DNA from: an uncultured bacterium
GTDB taxonomy: Bacteria; Krumholzibacteriota; Krumholzibacteriia; Krumholzibacteriales; Krumholzibacteriaceae
Reading direction: 5' to 3'
DNA length: 64,000 nt
Assembly: GCA_963813815.1 (NCBI GenBank)
Contig: CAWFAD010000016.1
Location: 160,001-224,000, forward strand
This document shows positions 18,481 to 25,219 of this stretch, one piece after another (positions within the stretch are counted from its first letter, which is position 1; the number at the start of each line of letters is the position of its first letter). The position numbers and the translations under genes are program-made. The notes beneath the pieces were generated by a model. That model was given only the letters and a program-made list of their open reading frames with translations, was not told the DNA's origin and did no database searches.

Positions 18481-18730
18481 AATCGTGTACAAGAAATCGG
18501 TCGCGCGGGATTTGTCGAATCTCGACAAAGCGGCGGCGCGCCGAATTCTCAATCGACTGGAGAAAGATCTGGCCCAGAAACCGGATTCTTATCCTGCGTT
18601 GAAGGGCAAGTTCGCTGGATTGCGAAAGTACCGCATAGGGGAATACCGCGTCATTTTTGCTATACTAGCGGCCGAGGTCCAGGTTCTCAGAATTGGACAT
18701 AGGCGGGACATTTATAAGCAGGAAATCTAA
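18470..18730 (+). CDS. Cassette 12: RelE/ParE-family toxin
   Basis: LKGKFAGLRKYRIGEYRVIF...RIGHRRDIY; TAA in attC12 R''. Confidence 0.92.
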   Translation: MAYKIVYKKSVARDLSNLDKAAARRILNRLEKDLAQKPDSYPALKGKFAGLRKYRIGEYRVIFAILAAEVQVLRIGHRRDIYKQEI

Positions 18731-18829
18731 CATTTCATGCGACTGACGGCCGCTGCCGTCACGCCGTTTGCAGAGCAACCGGCGCGCCGGCCCGCCGGAC
18801 GCGGGCCGCATCTGACGCTTGTGTTAGAC
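18725..18829 (+). repeat. attC site 12
   Basis: R'' ATCTAAC ... R' GTTAGAC. Confidence 0.9.
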
Positions 18830-18845
18830 GCCTTTTCGAGTAGGT

Positions 18846-19310
18846 GTGATGGTGACGAAAATCGAAGACAGCGTCATCATTGATGCCCCAGTGGAAGCAG
18901 TATTCGGCTATGCGTCTGACTGGGGCCGTTGGCCGGAATGGTTTGAGGGCCTATCGGACGTCCGATCGACGTCGGAAATAGGGCGAGGCACCGGCGCACG
19001 GTACGCCTACCGAGTCAGAGTGTTGGGTTTTCCGGTGAGCGTTGAGACGGAGCTTCGGGACTTCGTAGAGGGTCGGGGCTGGACCGGCGTCGGGACTCGC
19101 GGGCTGCCTCACCAAACGCAGTGGAGGTTCGAAGCGCAAGGGGACTCGACGAAGTTCACGTACAGGCTGGAGTACCGCTTGCCCCCCGTATTGCTTGGCG
19201 CCATGCTCGACGCTCTCTTCGCGAAACGCGAGTGGCTTGGAATTATTCGAAGATCTCTTTTGAATCTCCGAGAGCACTTCTCCCGGGCTGCATCGCGGGG
19301 CTGCATATGA
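18846..19310 (+). CDS. SRPBCC/polyketide cyclase-family protein (probable cassette 13)
   Basis: IEDSVIIDAPVEAVFGY..D...WPEW; follows attC12. Confidence 0.85.
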   Translation: MMVTKIEDSVIIDAPVEAVFGYASDWGRWPEWFEGLSDVRSTSEIGRGTGARYAYRVRVLGFPVSVETELRDFVEGRGWTGVGTRGLPHQTQWRFEAQGDSTKFTYRLEYRLPPVLLGAMLDALFAKREWLGIIRRSLLNLREHFSRAASRGCI

Positions 19311-19323
19311 TATATTGTGCGAA

Positions 19324-19358
19324 GCCGACTCTCCCTGCAGCCGACGCCGGCGTCGGCC
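19324..19358 (+). repeat. Collapsed attC remnant
   Basis: Left end resembles the attC start (ACTC..TGCAGC.GACG); right end GCAGCCGACGCCGGCGTCGGCC resembles the attC end. Confidence 0.5.
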
Positions 19359-19383
19359 GGAAACACCATGAAATGAGATTGCC

Positions 19384-19923
19384 ATGACGACGCAAAAGAT
19401 CGTAATCAGAGACGAGACAAAGGACGATGTTGCCGTCATCACCGAGGTGACCGTCGCAGCCTTCGACACCTTGGAGATCAGCGGCCACACGGAGCAGTTC
19501 ATCATCGAGGCGCTGCGTTCCGCGGGGGCCCTGACCGTATCGTTGGTCGCGGAAGTGGATGGCCGCGTTGTGGGGCATATTGCGTTTTCGCCCGTGGCCA
19601 TTTCGGACGGCGCCGAAGATTGGTATGGGCTCGGCCCGGTTTCGGTGCTGCCGAAATACCAGCGCGGAGGGATTGGCAAAGCCTTGATACAGGAAGGGCT
19701 GTCACGGTTGAGGAAGCTGAATGCCAAAGGCTGCTGTCTCGTGGGACATCCGCAATACTACAGGAAATTCGGATTCGAAAATGTCGCCGGGCTCGTCGTC
19801 GAGGGTGTTCCGCAAGAGGTGTTCTTCGCTCTTTCGTTCGACGGGCGCTTTCCGCGGGGCGACGTCATGTTTCATGAAGGATTCAAGGCAAATGGGCCGC
19901 AAGGCGCCTCGCCTGACGGCTGA
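19384..19923 (+). CDS. GNAT N-acetyltransferase (YhbS-like)
   Basis: VVGHIAFSPV, LGPVSVLPKYQRGGIGKALI, LVGHPQYYRKFGF. Confidence 0.9.
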   Translation: MTTQKIVIRDETKDDVAVITEVTVAAFDTLEISGHTEQFIIEALRSAGALTVSLVAEVDGRVVGHIAFSPVAISDGAEDWYGLGPVSVLPKYQRGGIGKALIQEGLSRLRKLNAKGCCLVGHPQYYRKFGFENVAGLVVEGVPQEVFFALSFDGRFPRGDVMFHEGFKANGPQGASPDG

Positions 19924-19950
19924 ACGCCGCGGCCGATGCCGGCGCTCCGC
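19894..19950 (+). repeat. Degenerate attC remnant
   Basis: GCGGCCGATGCCGGCGCTCCGC resembles the attC7 end GCATCTGATGCCGGCGTTCGGT. Confidence 0.4.
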
Positions 19951-19973
19951 GGGCAAGCTGTGAAAGGGACGCG

Positions 19974-20345
19974 ATGAGCCTCATTGGGAACATACTGTGG
20001 GTCGTCCTCGGGGGAGGGATATTCCTGTTCCTCGAGTATCTTCTCGGCGGGGCCGTCCTCTGCATAACGATCGTCGGGATACCCTTCGGCGTCCAGGCCA
20101 TCAAGCTGTCCTTTCTGGCGCTTCTTCCGTTTGGCAAAAAGATCGCGCACACCAAGGCGAGCCACGGATTCTTGTCCACCGTCATGAACATCCTCTGGTT
20201 GCTCTGCGGGGGGATCCTCATCTCCGCCACGCATCTGATATTCGGAATTCTATGCGCGATCACGATCATTGGGATTCCATTCGCGAAGCAGCATATGAAG
20301 CTTGCGTCACTGGCGCTGACGCCGTTTGGGCATTCATATGATTGA
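19974..20345 (+). CDS. YccF-domain inner membrane protein
   Basis: Duplicated NILW...GG...ITIIGIPF...PFG motif. Confidence 0.9.
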   Translation: MSLIGNILWVVLGGGIFLFLEYLLGGAVLCITIVGIPFGVQAIKLSFLALLPFGKKIAHTKASHGFLSTVMNILWLLCGGILISATHLIFGILCAITIIGIPFAKQHMKLASLALTPFGHSYD

Positions 20346-20378
20346 GGCTCCAGCCATTGAAAGGAAGCAGCGAGCATC

Positions 20379-20831
20379 ATGGATAAGCGCAAGCTCGTGG
20401 GAATGATTGGGTGCGCCGCGTTGCTCTTGGGCGTATTCGCGCCCATCGTGAAGGCGCCGATTATCGGAAGCATGAATTACTTCAACAACGGCAAGGGTGA
20501 CGGCGTCATAATCATTGCTCTCGCCGTTGTCTCCTTCATCTTCCTGCTGACGCAATTCTACAAGGGCCTATGGATCACCGGACTCGGAGCGTTGGCCTTT
20601 ACGCTCGGCGCTCTCATCAAGCTCCAGAGAAAGCTCGGCGAGATGAAGAGCGACCTGCGCGTCGAGCTCGAAGACAATCCCTTCAAGGACCTGGCGGACT
20701 TGGCGGCGGATTCCGTGCAGATGCAATGGGGGTGGGCCCTCCTCATCATCGGAGCCGCGATGATCGTGGCCGCGGCTTCCATGAAGGGCCCATCGGGCGA
20801 TTCGGCGCCCCGGGAAAAAGCGTTGCCATGA
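20379..20831 (+). CDS. Membrane protein of unknown function
   Basis: Hydrophobic segments, VQMQWGWALL. Confidence 0.75.
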   Translation: MDKRKLVGMIGCAALLLGVFAPIVKAPIIGSMNYFNNGKGDGVIIIALAVVSFIFLLTQFYKGLWITGLGALAFTLGALIKLQRKLGEMKSDLRVELEDNPFKDLADLAADSVQMQWGWALLIIGAAMIVAAASMKGPSGDSAPREKALP

Positions 20832-21346
20832 ATTGCCCGACGTCACCGGACGTGGCCCAGAAGCTCGTGGACGCGTGGAACGCGAGAAACCTGGATGAAT
20901 TCATCGGGCTCCTGACGCCTGACGTCGAGTGGTATGATCCCGCCATGCCGGAGCCTCCTGCCCGCGGACGGGCAGCCGTGAGGGCCTTCGCGGAAAGCGT
21001 TCTTCGGGCGTTCCCCGATTTCACCTATGAGATCCAGCCACCCATGTGCACCTCTCCCGATGGCAGCCGGTGCGCGATTGTATGGCGTATCTCCGCATCG
21101 CATCTTCATGCGCTCGAGCCTCCGGGATACGCTCCGACCGGCCGGCGAGCGAACGTCGAGGGGGTTGACGTTCTGGACATTCGCGACGGTCGAGTCGCTC
21201 GGATACTCACCGCCTTCGATGTGCTCTCCGCCGCGGAGCAGCTTCTGGGGATGAAGCTGCGGCCGGCGCCGGGCACGTGGCGAGGAAGTATAGCCGTCGC
21301 GGTTCAGCGCGCGCTGGCGCGGGCGAGGCAAAAAAGAGCGAAGTGA
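20828..21346 (+). CDS. SnoaL-like ester cyclase family protein
   Basis: DAWNARNLD, RAFPDF, APTGRRANVEGVDV; ATGA overlap. Confidence 0.8.
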   Translation: MNCPTSPDVAQKLVDAWNARNLDEFIGLLTPDVEWYDPAMPEPPARGRAAVRAFAESVLRAFPDFTYEIQPPMCTSPDGSRCAIVWRISASHLHALEPPGYAPTGRRANVEGVDVLDIRDGRVARILTAFDVLSAAEQLLGMKLRPAPGTWRGSIAVAVQRALARARQKRAK

Positions 21347-21405
21347 CGCCGGCGAGATGGCCGGCCGGCCCGCGGCGGCGAAGGATTTAAAGAGAGGAGG
21401 GCGTC

Positions 21406-21828
21406 ATGACATTTCGCGCGCTTCTTGTCGTCAAGGCCCTGGTTTGCCTGCTGTTCGGCGTGTTTCTTCTCGCCGCTCCGGGCGCGCTCTTCGGGCTCCT
21501 CGGCGGAACCCTGAACGCGGGGGGTAGCTTCGCGGCCCGGGAATACGGCGCCGCGATGATCGGCACGCTGTTTCTGACGTGGCTCGCGAAGGATGTCGTC
21601 GCGTCCGGGGCCCGGCGCGCGATTCTCCTCGATCTTCTCGTGTACGACGGCATCGGCGTGGCCATCACGGTCGCGGCGATCCTCTCGGGGACTCTGAATG
21701 TGCTTGGCTGGGGCATCGTGGTCGTGTATCTGTTGTTCACGGCGTGGTCGGGTTTCTTGCTCCTTGCGGGCAAGACGGCGGACGCGGCCGCATCTGACGC
21801 CGGCGGTAACCAGAGGAGGGTTCAATGA
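21406..21828 (+). CDS. Four-TM membrane protein; C-terminal tail encoded by an attC remnant
   Basis: AGGAGG RBS; hydrophobic; tail overlaps 21777-21811 remnant. Confidence 0.8.
   Translation: MTFRALLVVKALVCLLFGVFLLAAPGALFGLLGGTLNAGGSFAAREYGAAMIGTLFLTWLAKDVVASGARRAILLDLLVYDGIGVAITVAAILSGTLNVLGWGIVVVYLLFTAWSGFLLLAGKTADAAASDAGGNQRRVQ
21777..21811 (+). repeat. Right half of an attC site
   Basis: 29/35 identity (hand alignment) to attC1 12131-12165; R' mutated to GGTAACC. Confidence 0.75.
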
Positions 21829-22196
21829 TTGGATCGAGCCGTTGGTCGCGCATTCTCGTGATAGCCGGGCTCGTCGTCATGCTGATCGGAGCCATCGATC
21901 CGCTCGAGGGGGCGTTCGTCATCCTGCCCGGCGCCGGCATGGTCGCCTTCGGAGCGATGCTCGGCAAGAGCCGATACCGAAAGTTGCTCTACTGGGCCTT
22001 TGCGCTGGTGGCGGTCGGTATCGGGGCGATGATGGGAATGAGCGCCATCGGAGGCCTCGGTGGCGAGACGGGGCGCTCGATGTGGTGGGCGCTCATCCTT
22101 TTGCCCTACCCGATCGGTTGGGTAATGGGGATCGTCGGCGCCATCCGCAGGCTGCGCGAGGCGCCGGCGGCTTCGCCGCCGGCCGAGACCCAATGA
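21825..22196 (+). CDS. Membrane protein of unknown function
   Basis: GAGGAGG RBS; IGAIDPLEG, LPYPIGW. Confidence 0.8.
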   Translation: MIGSSRWSRILVIAGLVVMLIGAIDPLEGAFVILPGAGMVAFGAMLGKSRYRKLLYWAFALVAVGIGAMMGMSAIGGLGGETGRSMWWALILLPYPIGWVMGIVGAIRRLREAPAASPPAETQ

Positions 22197-22249
22197 TCCG
22201 CGGGACCAAAGCGTTCGTGGCGATTCCGGGGACTCACAAAGGCGGGATT

Positions 22250-22657
22250 ATGAAGGCGATGTCGGTGATCTGCGTTTCGATCGCGATTCTCATTGCTGCG
22301 TCGTGCGCGTATGCGGCGGATGTATCCATTCAGGGTTTGCCGCCGGTGGTGGTAAAGACGATCCCCGAATCCGGCGCCGTGGGAGTCGATCCCGGACTCG
22401 CGGAGATCAAGGTGACGTTCAGCAAGGCGATGCGCGACAAGAGTTGGTCGTGCGTGACGCTGTCGAAGGAAACGTTTCCCGCGATCGCCGGAGAACCGAG
22501 GTATGAGGGGGACAAGCGCACGCTGACCCTGCCGGTAAAGCTCGAGCCCGGGAAAACGTACGCAATCATGATCAACAGCGAGAAGCACAAGAATTTCAAG
22601 GACACCGCGGGGAACGCGGCGATGCCCTATCTCCTTATTTTCGAGACGAGAAAATGA
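22250..22657 (+). CDS. Secreted Ig-like domain protein
   Basis: Signal peptide; PPVVVKTIP..G...VDP...EIKVTFSKAM. Confidence 0.75.
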   Translation: MKAMSVICVSIAILIAASCAYAADVSIQGLPPVVVKTIPESGAVGVDPGLAEIKVTFSKAMRDKSWSCVTLSKETFPAIAGEPRYEGDKRTLTLPVKLEPGKTYAIMINSEKHKNFKDTAGNAAMPYLLIFETRK

Positions 22658-22685
22658 GAAGAGGATATGCGCTCGGGAGTTTCGT

Positions 22686-23171
22686 ATGATGGCTCCAAAG
22701 CGGGGCGGGCCGGCGGGAATGTGGGCCTGGCTTCTGCCCGCGGCGTACGCGGCGCACGTCGTCGAAGAAGCCTTCGGCGGACGGGGGTTCATGGAGTGGA
22801 TGGCTTCCGTCGGCGGCGTCCGGTTGTCGCTCGCGGCGTTCATCGGCTTGAACCTCGTCGGTGCGGGCATGCTGTGTCTGGCCGCGTGGGCGTCCCGGAG
22901 ATCGAGCGCCGGGCGATGGCTTCTCGCGAGCGGGGCCGCGGTCGTTTTTGTCAACGGCTTTTGGCACAGCGCGATATGCATGGCGGTGCGATCGTATATT
23001 CCGGGCGTATGGACCGGGATATTCCTCTATATTCCATTGGGGGGATTCTTGCTGATTCGGTTGCGGCAGCTCGTTTCGCTGCGGCCCTTCATGGCCTCGA
23101 TAGGCGCCGGGATACTGATCCATGAAGTGACGCTGTGGATCGTGCTGCGGACGCCCTATTTTCGACGATGA
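22686..23171 (+). CDS. HXXEE-domain membrane protein
   Basis: HVVEE, NGFWH, YIPGVWTG. Confidence 0.85.
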   Translation: MMAPKRGGPAGMWAWLLPAAYAAHVVEEAFGGRGFMEWMASVGGVRLSLAAFIGLNLVGAGMLCLAAWASRRSSAGRWLLASGAAVVFVNGFWHSAICMAVRSYIPGVWTGIFLYIPLGGFLLIRLRQLVSLRPFMASIGAGILIHEVTLWIVLRTPYFRR

Positions 23172-23536
23172 AATCGAAACGGGACATAAAGAGAGAGTAC
23201 CTGGAGCGCAAGAAACCGGCCGGCGTTTTTCAGGTGAAGAACTCCGCGAACGGCAAGGTGCTGCTCGGCAGCAGCCTGAACATCGAGGGCTCGCTCAACA
23301 GCCAAAGGTTCATGCTGTCGAGCGGGCAGCATCGCAACGCGACGCTTCAAAAGGAATGGAATGAATACGGCGCGGATGCGTTCGTCTTCGAAATTCTCGA
23401 AGTGGTAAACGCGAAGGACGATCCCAACTTCAACCTGAGCGACGAGCTGACCCTGCTCGAGCAGATTTGGCTCGAAAAGACGCGGCCCTTCGGCGAGCGG
23501 GGGTACAACAAGGATTCGAACATTCGTCTGGCGTGA
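23168..23536 (+). CDS. GIY-YIG nuclease-family protein
   Basis: AGVFQVKN..NGKVLLGSS, LQKEWNEYG..AFVFEILE. Confidence 0.85.
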   Translation: MKSKRDIKREYLERKKPAGVFQVKNSANGKVLLGSSLNIEGSLNSQRFMLSSGQHRNATLQKEWNEYGADAFVFEILEVVNAKDDPNFNLSDELTLLEQIWLEKTRPFGERGYNKDSNIRLA

Positions 23537-23603
23537 CACGGGAAATCCCGTCGCGCTGCGGCGCGCGCACGGGGGATTGTTCCTCCGGAAGGAGACGACT
23601 CGA

Positions 23604-23993
23604 ATGGCCATTCGCGTCGTGCGGCTCGGAAGCCCGAGAGCGCCCGGCGAGGGCCTGCGCTTGGGAACCGTGCGCCGTCCCCCGCGCGGGGTGCCCAAGG
23701 CCGAGCATGCGTCGCGCGATTTCTACGACGTGTGGTTGCCGGATCTTGCGCCGTCGGAGAACCTGCTCAAGGAAGCGCTAGGCGTTTCCGGCGAGCGGGA
23801 ATGGCGCTCCTTCACGAGGCGATACCGCGCCGAGATGAAGCGGCCCGAGGCCGCGCGGCTTCTCGCGCTCCTCGCCGCCCTCTCCCACCGGACCGATTTC
23901 TCGGTGGGATGTTACTGCGCCGACGAAGAGCGCTGCCACCGTTCGGTGCTGAGAGCGTTGCTGCTGGAACAAGGGGCGAACGTCATACGATAG
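23604..23993 (+). CDS. DUF488-family protein
   Basis: RRPPRGV.K, DVWLPDLAPS, GCYC.DE..CHRSVL. Confidence 0.85.
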   Translation: MAIRVVRLGSPRAPGEGLRLGTVRRPPRGVPKAEHASRDFYDVWLPDLAPSENLLKEALGVSGEREWRSFTRRYRAEMKRPEAARLLALLAALSHRTDFSVGCYCADEERCHRSVLRALLLEQGANVIR

Positions 23994-24018
23994 CCGTCCT
24001 CGGGAATAGGAGGTCAAG

Positions 24019-24297
24019 ATGATCGCCGTGGGAAACGCGCTGCTCGCCATAGCCGTCGTGAGCGCGCTGTGCGGAGTCGCTTCGAGCATCATGATCGGCG
24101 ACGCGCTGCAGAAGCGCGGCGTCAAGATCAACTGGATCTTGTTCCGCGTGCTCATTTTCAGCAAGTATCTCGGTCAGTACCGGGACGTCACGCGTCAGGA
24201 GACGGGACGCCCCGGCCCGCTGTACTATTCGTACATCATCAGTATGAATCTGGCTCTTGTGACGGCGATCGCGGGACTTATCCTGAGGGCACGGTGA
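24019..24297 (+). CDS. Small membrane protein
   Basis: AGGAGGT RBS, two hydrophobic helices. Confidence 0.75.
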   Translation: MIAVGNALLAIAVVSALCGVASSIMIGDALQKRGVKINWILFRVLIFSKYLGQYRDVTRQETGRPGPLYYSYIISMNLALVTAIAGLILRAR

Positions 24298-24303
24298 TGA
24301 CGC

Positions 24304-24666
24304 ATGAGCGATAAAGCGAGCTACACGTCGAAGAGCACGGTCAAGAGCCTCTGGCAGGAGTACCGCGTGTACGCCGACCGCTTGGAGTTCGACACGCGCT
24401 TCGGCAAGCTGACGGTGCCGTTCGACGAGATCGAACGGGTCGACATTTCCGAATCCGAGGTCACGGGGCTCCTGAGGGGCGATCTTCACCTGAAGCACTT
24501 TCGCCCGGCTCTGAAGCTGGATTGGGCCAATTTTCTGGAGCACGTCGTTCTCGACAGGAGCGAGGGATGGGTCCGGCGCCTGCTCTTTACGCCGGACGAT
24601 CTCGCGGCGTTCAAGAGCGCCGTGGACGACGCGCTTTCACGGTATCGAGGGAGAACCGCGCCATGA
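24304..24666 (+). CDS. Hypothetical protein (PH-like fold possible)
   Basis: Host-like codon usage, tightly packed in operon. Confidence 0.7.
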   Translation: MSDKASYTSKSTVKSLWQEYRVYADRLEFDTRFGKLTVPFDEIERVDISESEVTGLLRGDLHLKHFRPALKLDWANFLEHVVLDRSEGWVRRLLFTPDDLAAFKSAVDDALSRYRGRTAP

Positions 24667-24905
24667 AAAATCCGAGAAGGCTCTTGATTGCGGCGATTGT
24701 CGTGGGCGTGCTGTCGTTCGTCGCGTTCTTCCTCGAACGACTCGCGCTCACCGATATCTTTCACGGCGAGGCCGACGTTCATCTCGAATGGTCGGTCGTC
24801 AGCGCGGCGTTTCTGCCCATCGCATTCTTTCACGTTCTCGCGATCGTGTCGCTCGCCGTCGCCCTGAGACGTCTCGGCCGGCGCGATAATCCCCCGGAGA
24901 ATTGA
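24663..24905 (+). CDS. Small membrane protein
   Basis: ATGA overlap; LALTDIFHGEADVHLEW. Confidence 0.7.
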   Translation: MKNPRRLLIAAIVVGVLSFVAFFLERLALTDIFHGEADVHLEWSVVSAAFLPIAFFHVLAIVSLAVALRRLGRRDNPPEN

Positions 24906-24906
24906 G

Positions 24907-25080
24907 ATGAAGCGCGGGCTCGTTTCGCTCAGGATCGGATGGGCGCTCGCGCTATTCGCCGTTCTCGATCTCGCCTGCCTCGGTCTCGGGATGCTGTTCG
25001 ATCCCGCCGCGGACCTCGCGAACTTCGGCATACCGCTCATTCTCTACGATCCGGCGGCGAAACGAGGTAACGCCCGATGA
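24907..25080 (+). pseudogene. 57-aa hydrophobic ORF, possibly an internally deleted membrane-protein gene
   Basis: ATG directly after the upstream stop; ...DLACLGLG|MLFDPAADLANFGIPLILYDP...; below ORF-track cutoff. Confidence 0.35.
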
Positions 25081-25219
25081 GCCGCCGCGACAATTTCGCG
25101 CATGCGCACCCCTGATTTTTATTCCTCAAAAGGCGCCGCCGTATTACTATGATAGGAGACCTAGGGGTTCGCCGACACGAGACAGCAGCATTCGGAATTT
25201 ATATGGGAGGTCAAACGTT

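Larger units (their letters stand above)
11566..18829 (+). mobile_element. Integron gene-cassette array without adjacent integrase (CALIN-like), 12 attC sites
   Basis: Co-oriented short ORFs each followed by a RYYYAAC...GTTRRRY-type imperfect palindrome; 7 stop codons lie in the R'' TAAC; lower GC than flanks; no tyrosine recombinase ORF in window. Confidence 0.93.

Noticed and set aside
12054..18829. Repeats as a CRISPR array or REP elements
   Set aside because: Units are variable 63-113 bp palindromes separated by whole genes, with attC core boxes; no cas genes
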